From: Octopus bimaculoides
Taxonomy: Eukaryota
Length of the DNA stretch: 48,871 bases
Direction: 5' to 3'
Assembly (NCBI RefSeq): GCF_001194135.2
Contig: NC_068981.1
Location: 180,168,039 to 180,216,909, forward strand
Below are positions 1 through 13,892 of the stretch, piece by piece. Under the pieces are notes generated by a model. That model searched no databases and was not told the origin of the DNA. It saw only the letters and a program-made list of their open reading frames with translations. Positions within the stretch are counted from its first letter, which is position 1. Each line of letters starts with the position of its first letter. A program made the translations under genes and the position numbers.

Positions 1-157
1 TATATATATATAAAATAATAAGGTACACAGATATCTGGATGGTTGTACATTTACAGATTTTTATTAATATGTCACACGTTTTTTATAAATTAGCGCTTGC
101 ATCTATTCCTGTAGATTATCGAGAATATATAATGTCCCATGTGAATGTCAATGTCCC

Positions 158-1765
158 ATGACATCTTGCTGCAGACTCGCCAAATCACAGGTAGTGTTGA
201 CACTCCCACTCCTCCTGTCATTTACAACGGAGGGCTTTTTTCCCTTGAAAGACTTGGTTATAGCAATTGGAGGTCAACGATTGGACGATTATCTCAACAC
301 GTCAGACAGAAATGAAGATCGTGTCCCAATCGCCTCATTCTCAGAGAAACAACCTACAACATCCACAAACTCAAACATTACATTACTCTCAACTGGCCCC
401 TTCTGAATTTCGATTAAACTGACGTATACAATTTCGTCCTTAGAAACATCTATACACACACAGGCGGAATCAGCTTCTTGGACGCACCCGTTGGAACCAG
501 CCATACATTCCTCTTGGATCTTCTTCTTGTGAAGTTGCGGCATAATGGTGACCTTGCTATTGCTGTTGCCTCCTCAGGAATAGCCTCGACTCTTCTCGAC
601 GGCAGATAAACAGCACACTCTTCCTTCAAATTCCCTTTCAATGTAGCACACCAAGAAACCCCCCAACGAACCACATAATGCATTCCTCGGACGAAGCGAC
701 AATTTTGAAAAAGTGCAAACTCATTGTTTGGGATGAAGTAACTATGTCCCATAAATGTTCCCTACGAGCACTTGATACCACAATGAGAAACGTTAGATCA
801 AACAACAACATCCTTGGAGGTGCGACTCTACTTACAGAAGATTTTCGACAAACTCTGCTTATTATACCCAAAGGAACACCCACTTGTGAACTTAATATCT
901 GCCTTTAAAAATCCCTCCTTTGGTGGCATGTCCAATCGAAACAACTCACCATCAACATGAGATCACTCCTGCAGACTGGTCAGCCTACAGCCCAGTTTTC
1001 GTAAATACCTTTTAAAATCGGCAATGGACAAATTACGTATGACGTCAACGGCTACATTGACACTACCACCACTGGCCTCACAGTCTGCAGAACCTGATGA
1101 CTTTATTTTCTGCCGTTTACCCAAATCTTACAACGGAATAAATAAAACCAGACTGGCTTCGCAACAGGGCTGTTCTTGCACCTACCAAGGCAGCTGTCAA
1201 CACTCTTAACTATGACTTACTCAATCTGCTACCTTCTCAAGAACGTTGTTACAGATCAGTTAAAACCGTTACCGACCTCGATCAGGTTACACACTTTCCA
1301 ACAGAAGTTCGTAACTCCCAAGATCCTCGAGGACTCCATTCTCATGAACTCCACTTAAAAGTCGGTTGTCCTCTCATCCTCCTACGCATTCTAAACGCAT
1401 CCAAACAATGCAATGGAACTCATCTTGTGGTCAAACAAATGATGGACCACTTCACTGAAGGCCAATTATCACGGGACACGGCAAAAACGATACCGGTTTC
1501 ATTCCGAAAATTCCGCTATCCCCAACAGACAGCCCCTACCCTATGCAGAGACTTCAGCTCCCACTCAAACTCAGCTTCATCATGACGATTAACAAAGCAC
1601 AAAGCTAGTCACTGAAAGTTGTCGGATTGGAACTTCGAATATCGTGCTTTTCACATGGACAGTTTCACGGCGGTTGTTCCATAGTTAACCACGAGGACAA
1701 CTTATTCATCTATGCTCCTGAAGGCAAAAAACAAAAAACTTCGTCAACAAAGCAGCTCTACAGTA
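158..1765 (+). mobile_element. Helitron Rep/Hel relic: PIF1-family helicase region, frameshifted with stops
   Basis: Motifs in the expected order across frames: LDAPVGTSHTFLL (degenerate Walker A), AIAVASSGIASTLLDGR*TAHS.FK, KCKLIVWDEVTMSHK..LRALD, LGGATLL..DFRQTL, RAVLAPTKAAVNTLN, LHLKVGCPLILLRILN...CNGT, RLQLPLKLSFIMTINKAQS*SL, FSHGQ. Confidence 0.92.
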
Positions 1766-1911
1766 GTTATTCCTCTACTGCATTCTTCACATCTACGCAA
1801 AACTGTAGCCGTTAGCAATCAGATTTCCTGCAAGCATTTCATTGATATTCTGCTTCATTTCCCTCATTACTGTTAACAGTACTTTACCTTCAATGACCCT
1901 TCTTACTTCAT

Positions 1912-1964
1912 GCACGCTATTCGCTCATAAGCGTGCTCTGACATTTATTTTTGTACCTGCCAGT
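1912..1964 (+). other. Candidate Helitron 3' terminal hairpin and degenerate CTRR end
   Basis: GCACGCT..AGCGTGC stem at 1912-1936, then CCAG|T at 1960-1964, downstream of the helicase. The spacing is longer than typical. Confidence 0.3.
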
Positions 1965-2938
1965 ATTCTATTTGCGAATTTGCTATAAATGTATGCTTTT
2001 CTTTATCATACATGACTTTCATTGAAAAAAAAAAGCTTCGATGCGGTTGTGTCAGGTATTACGAGAAAAATAAGTACACGATACAAAACGCTTCAAGTAA
2101 AATATAGGATCCTTGATGCCTACTGTAATTGCGATCTCATTTCATGGACTTGCATTTATTACAGACTGTTAAATTTGTGTTCAAAAATTGTATTCATTAC
2201 CTAAGTTTCGTAATACCTTATCATAAACTGCTAACGAAAATGATAATTAAACATTTTATGCTTATCAATTTGAAACAACTTCTAACTGCGGTCCAATGCA
2301 CATTAAACCGTCCACAGGAGTGCACCATTATACCATTATAATAATTTACACCGTCCAAAGGACAGGTGCATTTACCAATATATATATATATATATANNNN
2401 NNNNNNNNNNNNNNNNNNNNNNNNNNNNNNNNNNNNNNNNNNNNNNNNNNNNNNNNNNNNNNNNNNNNNNNNNNNNNNNNNNNNNNNNNNNNNNNNNNNN
2501 NNNNNNNNNNNNNNNNNNNNNNNNNNNNNNNNNNNNNNNNNNNNNNNNNNNNNNNNNNNNNNNNNNNNNNNNNNNNNNNNNNNNNNNNNNNNNNNNNNNN
2601 NNNNNNNNNNNNNNNNNNNNNNNNNNNNNNNNNNNNNNNNNNNNNNNNNNNNNNNNNNNNNNNNNNNNNNNNNNNNNNNNNNNNNNNNNNNNNNNNNNNN
2701 NNNNNNNNNNNNNNNNNNNNNNNNNNNNNNNNNNNNNNNNNNNNNNNNNNNNNNNNNNNNNNNNNNNNNNNNNNNNNNNNNNNNNNNNNNNNNNNNNNNN
2801 NNNNNNNNNNNNNNNNNNNNNNNNNNNNNNNNNNNNNNNNNNNNNNNNNNNNNNNNNNNNNNNNNNNNNNNNNNNNNNNNNNNNNNNNNNNNNNNNNNNN
2901 NNNNNNNNNNNNNNNNNNNNNNNNNNNNTATATATATG

Positions 2939-2994
<56 letters not shown>

Positions 2995-3229
2995 CACGCT
3001 ACCACGCACACTATATACACACACATACACTTTTGTGTGAGTGTGCAGCTTTTTGCGTTTATCGCTACTGTGACCTTGTCAGCTACAAGCACAATGCAAT
3101 GAAATCCTAGAAACAAGCAATGCTTTGAAGTTTTCTTTCTTCAATTCAGTTACGAAGCGTCGTTCTTCTTCAAATCAAAAACACTTGCAAGAGTCTCTAG
3201 TGCAAATATCTATCTTTACATATGCGAGT

Positions 3230-3720
3230 GCGCGCCCGAACCCGACAGCATGAATGGATGCGTCGTTTGAATATAGCTGTGAAATGTAGTCATGGAGGTC
3301 TGGACAGCTTCATGGGTTCGGATGAGGTGGCTTGAGTTTGAGCAAAGTACACTCCGTCGAATGAAAAGTCGCCCCATGTATTCTGACAGGGTCGGAGACT
3401 GTAGGATGGAAAGTTCGGTCGAGGTGGCTGTGAACCTTTCGGAGAGAAGAGAAATTAATTACGAGAGAACGAATTCAGAAAAGGGTTGAAGAATAAGATG
3501 AAAGTTTTCAGTAATTAGCGGAAAAGGGAGGTGACGTCAACAAAGTCATCTATGCCACAACTGTATAATCTGGAGCAGGTTCGATGAATTGTTACAACTT
3601 GGGACTTAAAGTAGCGAACAAATAGGTTGCCATAACTGAGACCCATTCTTGTTACTGCAATAACCCTAGGTACACGTTGGTAGGCCTCAAACGCGAAAAG
3701 GAAGGCCTGAACTGGCTAAG
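3230..3720 (-). mobile_element. Possible decayed LINE endonuclease fragment
   Basis: Minus-strand pieces such as IEPAPDYTVVA*MTL and DYISQLYSNDASIHAVG loosely resemble APE domains of CR1/L2-type LINEs. Weak. Confidence 0.3.
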
Positions 3721-4174
3721 AAGAAATGGGAGCGTGTACAAGACTGATGGATGGTACAACAGCTGAAGAAGTACTGGGGAGTTTGAGCAGGAGAGTGTCA
3801 TTATGAAAAATAAGAAAATAGAAGAATTAAATACCCAAGGTGAAGAGTGTGCAGGAAATGCTAGAAGGAAAGGAAAAGTAGTTGAATATTCGCAGGGCCT
3901 AGATGCTGTCATGGATATGAAACAGAAACAGCAAAGCGTAGAAGGATTAGGCACATGGATATCAGTTTCATCAGGTGGGGACTATGGTTCATTCAGGGCT
4001 GTTAGGTTCATCAATGTATATATATGTTTTTGTACGTTATGTATTCTCATGCTTATAATGGCTTATATATGCCTTTAGATGTTTAGTTAGATATGTGTCG
4101 GCTTTGATGAGGAGTATTGTTAACCTTGGAACTTGTCTCTTTCAAATTAATACTTTAATAAATTGAGCCCTACG

Positions 4175-4466
4175 ATGTTGTTTCTTGAAAAGAGTTCACA
4201 AGCCTAGCCAGTTCATGGGCCCAGCTTCCTGGTTTCTATGGCGTATGTGTTCCCCCCAGCTGGACAGGACGCCAGTCCATCGCACCGTTACTCAAGAAAC
4301 AGGAAGAAAGAGTGAGAGAAAGTTGGGGCGAAAGAGTACAACAGGGGTCACCACCACCCCCTGCCGGAGCCTTGTGGAGCTTTAGGTGTTTTCGCTCAAT
4401 AAACACACACAACGCTCGGTCTGGGTATCGAAACTGCGATCCTCCAACCGCTGGGCCATTGCGCCT

Positions 4467-4469
<3 letters not shown>
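4175..4469 (-). mobile_element. tRNA-derived SINE with V-domain-like core
   Basis: The minus strand starts TGGAGGCGCAATGGCCCAGCGG (A box; part of the head deleted) and has GTTTCGATACCC (B box). Core TGCGATGGACTGGCGTCCTGTCCAG, then GAAACCAGGAAGCTGGGCC. Head shared with 40132-40492 and 44613-44910. Confidence 0.8.
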
Positions 4470-4532
<63 letters not shown>

Positions 4533-4574
4533 TTTTGTGTGTGTGTAGCTATATATTTATAAATATATATTTCA

Positions 4575-4790
4575 TCTTTTACTTGTTTCGGGTTTCAGTC
4601 ACTAGACTGCTGCTAGGACAACGCCTGAAGAATTCTAGTCGGACGAATCAACCCAGGTCCTTTCTTTAAACTGAGTGCTTATTCTCTTGAACCGCTACGC
4701 TGCAGGGACAAAACCAGATCGACACCGGTTGTCACGCGGTTGGGGAGAAACACAGAGAAACCAAACACTCACGCACACACACACGCACAC
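4575..4790 (-). mobile_element. Degenerate 3' half of the CORE-type octopus SINE
   Basis: TTTACTTGTTTC..TTTCAGTCA and GAACCGCTA..CCGGTTGTCACGCGGT match the copy at 7188-7597. Confidence 0.65.
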
Positions 4791-4858
4791 ACATATATAC
4801 ATATAGATATATGTATGTATATTTATACGCATGTGTGTGTATGTATACGTATATATAC

Positions 4859-5212
4859 ATATATATATGTGTGATTGTATGTTTGTGTGTGTGTATAAAT
4901 ATATCTATATAACACGCACACATGACGTACTTATGTTTCCGCCTACCAAGCCCTAATATGTGCCCAAGGTGCCACATATTGGGACTTATTTCTCAATCAT
5001 GTGTAGATAGAAAGTAAATTTACCCAACGCCTAGGCCTGCACCCATATATACATATATATATGTGTGATTGTATGTTTGTGTGTGTGTATAAATATATCT
5101 ATATAACACGCACACATGACGTACTTATGTTTCCGCCTACCAAGCCCTAATATGTGCCCAAGGTGCCACATATTGGGACTTATTTCTCAATCATGTGTAG
5201 ATAGAAAGTAAA
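4859..5212. repeat. Apparently identical ~160-bp tandem duplicate next to an N-gap, probably an assembly artefact
   Basis: About 4859-5019 and 5053-5212 read identical by eye, and the second copy ends at the gap edge. Confidence 0.75.
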
Positions 5213-6808
5213 NNNNNNNNNNNNNNNNNNNNNNNNNNNNNNNNNNNNNNNNNNNNNNNNNNNNNNNNNNNNNNNNNNNNNNNNNNNNNNNNNNNNNNNN
5301 NNNNNNNNNNNNNNNNNNNNNNNNNNNNNNNNNNNNNNNNNNNNNNNNNNNNNNNNNNNNNNNNNNNNNNNNNNNNNNNNNNNNNNNNNNNNNNNNNNNN
5401 NNNNNNNNNNNNNNNNNNNNNNNNNNNNNNNNNNNNNNNNNNNNNNNNNNNNNNNNNNNNNNNNNNNNNNNNNNNNNNNNNNNNNNNNNNNNNNNNNNNN
5501 NNNNNNNNNNNNNNNNNNNNNNNNNNNNNNNNNNNNNNNNNNNNNNNNNNNNNNNNNNNNNNNNNNNNNNNNNNNNNNNNNNNNNNNNNNNNNNNNNNNN
5601 NNNNNNNNNNNNNNNNNNNNNNNNNNNNNNNNNNNNNNNNNNNNNNNNNNNNNNNNNNNNNNNNNNNNNNNNNNNNNNNNNNNNNNNNNNNNNNNNNNNN
5701 NNNNNNNNNNNNNNNNNNNNNNNNNNNNNNNNNNNNNNNNNNNNNNNNNNNNNNNNNNNNNNNNNNNNNNNNNNNNNNNNNNNNNNNNNNNNNNNNNNNN
5801 NNNNNNNNNNNNNNNNNNNNNNNNNNNNNNNNNNNNNNNNNNNNNNNNNNNNNNNNNNNNNNNNNNNNNNNNNNNNNNNNNNNNNNNNNNNNNNNNNNNN
5901 NNNNNNNNNNNNNNNNNNNNNNNNNNNNNNNNNNNNNNNNNNNNNNNNNNNNNNNNNNNNNNNNNNNNNNNNNNNNNNNNNNNNNNNNNNNNNNNNNNNN
6001 NNNNNNNNNNNNNNNNNNNNNNNNNNNNNNNNNNNNNNNNNNNNNNNNNNNNNNNNNNNNNNNNNNNNNNNNNNNNNNNNNNNNNNNNNNNNNNNNNNNN
6101 NNNNNNNNNNNNNNNNNNNNNNNNNNNNNNNNNNNNNNNNNNNNNNNNNNNNNNNNNNAGAAGCTAGTCCAAAAGAAGCACAGCATTTTGTTGGTAGGGT
6201 ATTAAAAGAAAACAAATGACAGAAAAATAAATAAGCAAATATAGCAAATTAAACATAGCAAATTACACACGAACAAGAACAACTACTTTAATATCAACAA
6301 CATTAATATCCACTGCAAGAGCAAAATGAGCCACTACTGCTACATCAACAACATCAACAACTAGGATAAGAAAAAAAAAACATGGCAGTATAAATGTAAA
6401 GTAGCAGAGATTATTAATAATATTTAAAAAAAACAACAGAATGTTAAAAGAAGTGGTAAGAGTAACTAGACAAAAAACGAATTTCAGATTTGAGCGATGG
6501 GTGGTATCGTTGTTAAATTATTAACAATGATGGGTGGTGCTTTGAACAGACACGATTGTGTATGAAGTGACAAAGAGGACATGAAAAAGGCCTATAAAAT
6601 AGACTTCTTAAACAGTGCAAGGGATTTTTTTCAGAAAAAATGTACCTATAATAGCATTAATTGTGATAATAATAATAATAATAGTTATTTTTATTGTTAT
6701 TATTATCATTATTATTGTTGTTATTGTTGTTGTTGTTATTTCATTTACGCACAACAAATTAGACTGTTAGCAAAAGAACTTGATAATATCAGACTACGAC
6801 AAGTAACT

Positions 6809-7056
6809 TTAGATGCCTAGAACCTTCTCAAAAGTCCAAGTTGTATCTAATAATATAGTTTTCTGGAGCTCCACTAAACTGGGTTTTATGCCAATTTCCT
6901 CTATCCATCTCGTCAAATCTTTAGAAATAGTTCCAAATGCCTCCAAAACTACAGGGACATATTATCCTACCAGTACTTTCCATAGCTTATGTAAATCAAT
7001 GGCCATCCTTGTACGTTGCTATTTTGTCTGTACCTCTAATATTAACTTTCTCATCG
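6809..7056 (-). mobile_element. 3' end of an R4/Dong-like (REL endonuclease) non-LTR retrotransposon
   Basis: Minus translation DEKVNIRGTDKIATYKD / AIDLHKLWKVLVG*YVPVVLEAFGTISKDLTRWIEEIGIKPSLVELQKTILLDTTWTFEKVLGI*, followed by a short 3'UTR and a (TAA/CAA)n tail at ~6690-6740. Confidence 0.85.
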
Positions 7057-7187
7057 TTTGGGGCTGTAAATCATTATTGTTGTTTTTGTTGTTGCTGCTG
7101 TTGTCACTATTGCGCTAACATTTTTCCACCTCCTCCGCCACAACCAAAAGAAAGAAAGGCATAACAGACAACTCACCCGTCACTGCC

Positions 7188-7597
7188 TTACTCTTTTACT
7201 CTTTTACTTGTTTCAGTCATTTGACTGCGGCCATGCTGGAGCACCGCCTTTAGTCGAGCAAATCGACTCCAGGACTTATTCTTTGTAAGCCTAGTACTTA
7301 TTCTATCGGCCCTTTTGCCGAACCGCTAAGTTACAGGGGCGTAAACACACCAGCATCGGTTGTCAAGCGATGTTGGGGGACAAACACAGACATACAAACA
7401 TATACACACACATACATATATATATACATATATACGACGGGTTCTTTCAGTTTCTGTCTACCAAATCCACTCACAAGGCTTTGGTCGGCCCGAGGCTATA
7501 GTAGAAGACACTTCCACAAGGTACCACGCAGTGAGACTGAACCTGGAACCATGTGGTTGGTAAGCAAGCTACTTACCACACAGCCACTCCTACGCCT
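7188..7597 (-). mobile_element. Full-length tRNA-derived CORE-type SINE with internal microsatellite
   Basis: Head GGAGTGGCTGTGTGGTAAG...GGTTCCAGGTTCAG, CORE-like CCTTGTGGAAGTGTCTTCTACTATAGCCTCGGGCCG, (TA/TG)n, tail GACTGAAACAAGTAAAAGAGTAAAAGAG. Several homologous copies lie in this window. Confidence 0.9.
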
Positions 7598-8082
7598 TTG
7601 CTGATATTATCCGCCGAATACAAGAAGAAATTACTATCCTGTCGGACTGAATTAAAACAAGCAAATCGCATGTTGACAAAACAAATGAGACACACCAACA
7701 AAAAGAAATAAGCTCCAAACGGACAAGGTATCGGCAACAACATGGCAACAACAGCAACACCAATGTTAGCAACACCATCGTCACCATCACAACTAACATC
7801 ACTACAGACACAGCCCACAACACTAACACCCACAAATACCATCAAGCCCACAAATTAAAAACAACAACAGTAAACATCGTCACAAATTTTAACGCCATAA
7901 ATACAAACGACAAAGCACTTCTGGAACGCAAACACAAACCCGCAACCATCTCTCAGAGCGGTTTCATCACACCAACACACAATACACCAGTATACATAAA
8001 AATCATACAAATAACACAAAACACATATAATACTATAAAAAAAATACTTGACTGGGTAGGGAGTTTAAGAAGAGAAAAAAAC

Positions 8083-8224
8083 GGAGTGGCTGTGTGGTAA
8101 GAAGCTTGCTTCCCAACCACATGGTTCCGGGTTCAGTGCTTGCGCAAGTATCTTCTACTATAGCCTCGGGCCAACTAAACACTTGTGAGTGGATTTGGGG
8201 GACGGAAACTGAAAGAAGCTTGTC

Positions 8225-8262
<38 letters not shown>
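8083..8262 (+). mobile_element. CORE-type SINE 5' half
   Basis: GGAGTGGCTGTGTGGTAAGAAGCTTGCTTCCCAACCACATGGTTCCGGGTTCAG ... CTTCTACTATAGCCTCGGGCC, ending in (TA)(TG)n. Confidence 0.88.
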
Positions 8263-8743
8263 AGTATGAGGAGTAGATGGACAGCCGACAACTGATGAAG
8301 AGTCGTTCTTTATGTTACTTGTCCTGTTTTCCATTTGTTTTCGTATTTCATGTTGGTTACGGTTTGTGACGTCCTGTACCCATATATGCATATATATATA
8401 TAAATATATATATATNNNNNNNNNNNNNNNNNNNNNNNNNNNNNNNNNNNNNNNNNNNNNNNNNNNNNNNNNNNNNNNNNNNNNNNNNNNNNNNNNNNNN
8501 NNNNNNNNNGCATTTATGTACATATTTATCTGTATGAATAGATGTATGCATGTCTATGTGTGTATGAACATGTTTGTATATGCACGCATGCACAAATAAA
8601 TATGGGAGTGTGTGCACATGTACGTGAGCGTGCATATGTGTATATATATGTGTGTTTATGTAGGCGTGTGTATATATATATATATATACGAGCAGATACA
8701 CATACGTATGAGTACGCTGGCGCGTATGGATGCACGCCTATGC

Positions 8744-8774
<31 letters not shown>

Positions 8775-8926
8775 TGTGCGTGTGCATATATGCATGCTGA
8801 GATATATATGTATATGTGTGTATATATCTATATATTTTTTTATATGTGTGTGTGTCTGTATGCATGTGTAGCCACGTATGTATATGTATGTATGTGTGTG
8901 TGCATATGTATGCGTACATATGAACG

Positions 8927-8970
<44 letters not shown>

Positions 8971-9349
8971 CATATATGCTGTTATACATGTATATGTGTG
9001 TGTATGCGTGCATATCGTGCATATATGTGGATACAAATGAATATATATTTATAAATATGTCTGTGTGTCTGTGTGCACGCATATTAATGCATGTATAGTC
9101 GTGAGTCTGCATATCTGTATATCTATGATCAACTGTAAGTACACATATACGCATGCGTATCTGTGTGTGAACTGATGTTCATATGTCAATTTAGACACAA
9201 AGGGTTAACAAAACCGTTATAAATAAATATACTTTCCTTGAAATGCTGTGCCGAAAACAAATTAATTCAAAATTTCACTAGGACTTGGGTGTTAATGGAC
9301 CAATATGGATCTATATGAATTTCTTTTTAGTGGTGATAGGTAAGAAGAC

Positions 9350-9383
<34 letters not shown>

Positions 9384-10504
9384 TATGTGTGTATGTGTGA
9401 GTAGTTTGTGTATGTATACCTCTGTGTGTGTGTGAGTGTGCATACGCATTTGTGCATGGATGTGTATGTATACGTGCTGGTATATGCTCGTATCTTTGTG
9501 TACATATGTGGGCGTATGGATACGTATATATGTATGTATATATATATATATATATATATATGTTAGCATGTGTNNNNNNNNNNNNNNNNNNNNNNNNNNN
9601 NNNNNNNNNNNNNNNNNNNNNNNNNNNNNNNNNNNNNNNNNNNNNNNNNNNNNNNNNNNNNNNNNNNNNNNNNNNNNNNNNNNNNNNNNNNNNNNNNNNN
9701 NNNNNNNNNNNNNNNNNNNNNNNNNNNNNNNNNNNNNNNNNNNNNNNNNNNNNNNNATATATGTACATATGCAAATTTTTATAATTTTATTCATACTTTA
9801 TAAATAAATGTTTCATTCTTTTATTAACTATAAACGTATCTTATTTATATTTAACTTTCCTCTATCACCTCTGTTTATTTATCTATTTTTCTAATTTTAT
9901 TTATCTATTTTAATTTATCTCTAATCAACCTGTAAACCCCTCTGCCGAGCATATAACAATACAAATCATAAACCGCAACATTCAGGTTGCTAAAATGCAA
10001 TCACAAGCACACACATAACACCCAAAGGTACAGTTTTTACCTCTGATGAAACATTACTCATGTCACATAAATGTAAACTTAATGTTTATTGAGCATTAAT
10101 TGAAACAGCTGTAAGTGAAGATGACCAATTATATATTCAGTGCTGAATTTTATTCCGGAAATAAAACACGTGTACCGAAGTGCAATTCGAAAAAGCCCGC
10201 CTTTTACATAGATATATAGAGATGAACAATCTTCTATGCACGATGCTGGCTACATGAGTGTTCGTTTTAGCATGTTGAATCTTTTGTTTATTTTTATGTA
10301 TCTTGACCATACTATACTGATGATCAGAACTTACATATTGTTGTACTAACTGTGAAATCGATTCCATATACAGTTCAGTCTAATTTGGAGAGTTGCATTT
10401 TCCTCGCGTTCGCTAAAAATGTGTTTATTATGGTAGTTTACCGTGAGGCATTATTGTATAGTAATGCCCTTATATAAATATACTTATTTTCATTTTCATT
10501 TTCA

Positions 10505-10556
10505 TTTTATCTAGTTTCAGTTCATGAGCTGTGGCCATGCTGGGGCACCGCCATTT
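10505..10556 (-). mobile_element. SINE tail fragment
   Basis: TAGTTTCAGTTCATGAGCTGTGGCCATGCTGGGGCACCGCC matches the tail of 7188-7597. Confidence 0.6.
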
Positions 10557-11779
10557 GGTGTTGCTACACAATTTTACTTCACGAATTTTACTTCAGGAAT
10601 TGACATTTGGTGTATGAGAGAGTTTGATGCAGCCGCTCTCGTCTGCGCCTCCTGCCGTGAAGTTGGTTCATCTAGGACATCATATATATATATACATCGT
10701 GGGACTCTAGAAGGCGGTGCACGTTACCAGAATTTTCGGCTCGAATCAAATACAACAGACTACTTCAAGTGGTTGTTAGAGTATCTACATAAGAAGAGTC
10801 AGGACTGGCTAGTTTGTTCTGGCATCGAGCCCATTATTACACCTTATACGATTCGATGCCAGTACAAACTAGCCGGTTCCAACTCCATTCACATACACAT
10901 ACACACACACACATATATACACACAGACCCATATATATAAATACATATATACACACACACATACGTAGATGGATACATACGTTCATGTAAACATCCATGT
11001 ATTATATTTATCTGAATTTTTATCTTTATATTCTCATTCTGTTATACCATATGCTTTTGAGAAATCGTTACTGAATAATTCAAATGCGATAACACATAGC
11101 CGCCTATTTTACCTATTCCCTTACTTATTTCAAACAATATTGAGACATGGGAACACTGAGATATGAAAAATAAATAAACAAACATATAACAAATAAAACA
11201 AGTGGCAAAAATAAATCACATTAAGCCCCAAATCTTTGCCGTTATTGCATGCTAGATAGATTATACTGAATATTTGAATATTTTCATTGTCATATATATA
11301 TTTTCATTTTTGCATTATTAATTTTATTTTTATTTCATTTACCCTTTTTTTTTTTTTTTTTTTGATATTTCACTTTCTCTCATTGAGGTATTTCTTAACA
11401 CAATTCTATACAGAATATCGGAAGTAATTTATATATATTCCAATGATATTATTTCGTCTGATGTCATGACACCATTCGCTGTAGCCTACCACCACCAGTG
11501 TTCATGTCGCTATTGTTGGAACCGAATTAGATATTCGAAGATGAAACTGCATATACACATATGTATGTATATACAAATAAAGCTATACATACATACATAC
11601 ATACATACATGCGTGTGTGTGTGTGTTATGGGAAACGGTGTGCGGAATGGGTGGTATAATGGGGTGTATTTCTTAATTCAAAATATAGACTATGAAATCA
11701 AATGAAAATGAGACAAAAACCATTCTTTTATTTCAAATTGAATCATTTTGTGTGTAATGGCACAGAATGAAATCTAGGT

Positions 11780-11895
11780 TGTTGAGTTACAGGTACGGTA
11801 GCGAGCCAGAGGAAACTCCACCCACAGAGTAGTTGATTTTCATTCTGCGTTCTATGTTCGAATCGCACTGATGTCAGACGCGGTCTTTCATCCAT
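11780..11895 (+). mobile_element. Degenerate head of the second SINE family (as at 23459)
   Basis: GCGTTCTATGTTCGAATCGCACTGATGTCAGAC..GTCTTTCATCC resembles ACGTTCTGAGTTCAAATTCCACCGATGTCGACTTTGCCTTTTATCC. Confidence 0.45.
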
Positions 11896-12324
11896 TCCCG
11901 TAATGAAACGAAAACCTGAGCGTCACTTTCTGTCTTAAGTATTCAGTCGACTGACAAAGTTCTTCTCTATGGATCGGGAAATGAATATGAGAATTCATTA
12001 CCTCAATTATTGTTGTTATTTTTTCACAACAATCGGAGAGCGATGCGCTCCTCACAAACACGTTCGTGAGAAAGTTGTGATATATAAACAGTTTTGAATA
12101 GGAACCGGAAAGTGAAGTATGAAAATACAATGCATATGTGAACACTGAATTCATAAAACGGAAGAGAAGAATAAAAACGCAATGCGCATGTCAAACTAAA
12201 ACGGAAGAGAAGAATAGAACAAGTTATATGATCGTCTGCATGCCACATCTGACACCAATATCACACAGATATGCTGCAATTTTCTTGTTCTTACTATCGT
12301 TACGGTTTGTCTTTTTATATCTTA

Positions 12325-12520
12325 TCATTTCTTTCTTTCAGTCATTAAATAGCGGTATTGCCGGCGCCCGTCTTCAAGGGGTTAGTCGAACAAATCGATA
12401 CTAGTGTTTATTGTTCAAGTGCGGTGCTTATTCTATCGTGTTAAGTCGAAGCACTAGGATACGAAGACTTAAAAAGAGCCAACACCAGTAGTTATCGTTT
12501 GGTGCAGAGGGGCAAACACA
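12325..12520 (-). mobile_element. Degenerate CORE-type SINE 3' half
   Basis: TTTCAGTCATT..GCGG...TTAGTCGAACAAATCGA..GTGCTTATTCTATCG. Confidence 0.65.
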
Positions 12521-13066
12521 CACACGTATGCACGCTCGCATGCACGCGCGCACACACATACACATGCACTCACACATGCACATTCATACACGTACACACA
12601 AACACATACACACAAATACATACATATATATATATATATATCATATTCTGTCTTTCACTCTTCATATATGTTGCATGTGTATCAGGGGCATATATGGGTT
12701 ATACGAATGTGTACTTAATATTTATAACTGTGTGCGTGTGTGTACAAAGAGAGGGAAGCAGGTAGACACAGATAGCTGAAAGCGTTAATTACCGTTCCTA
12801 GTTATGTAAATAAAATTGTGTAGCAAGACTGAGACAATAGAGGTATATACAGGCACACTGACAAACAGACATACACAAACACACAAACACACAAACAAAC
12901 ACACATAGACACACACACACACACACATAAATACTTTCCCAGACACACACTCATATGCTTATTCACGCAAAGTCTAGCGGATGTGTATATGCGTTTGGTG
13001 TCTCAAACGACAACCTCATAAACGGGTACAAACAAGCATTATAATTGATATAAATATAAGTAAATA

Positions 13067-13100
<34 letters not shown>

Positions 13101-13127
13101 CAGATATGTATATACATATATATATTC

Positions 13128-13158
<31 letters not shown>

Positions 13159-13536
13159 NNNNNNNNNNNNNNNNNNNNNNNNNNNNNNNNNNNNNNNNNN
13201 NNNNNNNNNNNNNNNNNNNNNNNNNNNNNNNNNNNNNNNNNNNNNNNNNNNNNNNNNNNNNNNNNNNNNNNNNNNNNNNNNNNNNNNNNNNNNNNNNNNN
13301 NNNNNNNNNNNNNNNNNNNNNNNNNNNNNNNNNNNNNNNNNNNNNNNNNNNNNNNNNNNNNNNNNNNNNNNNNNNNNNNNNNNNNNNNNNNNNNNNNNNN
13401 NNNNNNNNNNNNNNNNNNNNNNNNNNNNNNNNNNNNNNNNNNNNNNNNNNNNNNNNNNNNNNNNNNNNNNNNNNNNNNNNNNNNNNNNNNNNNNNNNNNN
13501 NNNNNNNNNNNNNNNNNNNNNNNNNNNNNNNNNNNN

Positions 13537-13570
<34 letters not shown>

Positions 13571-13775
13571 GTATGTATGTATGTTTGTATATATATACAT
13601 ATATATATATATCTGTGTGTGTGCGTATGTATATATTTATATGTGCTACTCACAACTTACACCAGCTGTCGCTATTGTCATATCATTTCGTTGAACACAA
13701 TCTAAAAGTTTTCTTTTTGAAAAAAATCTGTCCTTTACATGTCCTTCCCAATTATTGTTCTAATTTTGATGCCTA

Positions 13776-13777
13776 TA

Positions 13778-13848
<71 letters not shown>

Positions 13849-13892
13849 CATTATTATTATCATTGTTATTATTATTATTAATGTTATCATTA
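13776..13892. repeat. (ATT)n microsatellite
   Basis: Direct reading. Confidence 0.95.

Noticed and set aside
4095-4140. TTGATGAGGAG...CCTTGGAACTTGTC, hammerhead-like
   Set aside because: C3 and GAAA are mutated and stem I does not pair. At most a dead pLTR relic.
4859-5212. Tandem duplicate as a real recent duplication
   Set aside because: The copies look identical and abut a gap, so an assembly artefact is more likely.
7600-8000. A/C-rich tract resembling a Penelope ORF N-terminus
   Set aside because: Only a vague VNIVTNF..KALL similarity, with no RT motifs.
8290-8330. CTGATGAAGAG motif
   Set aside because: No downstream GAAA, so it is not a hammerhead.
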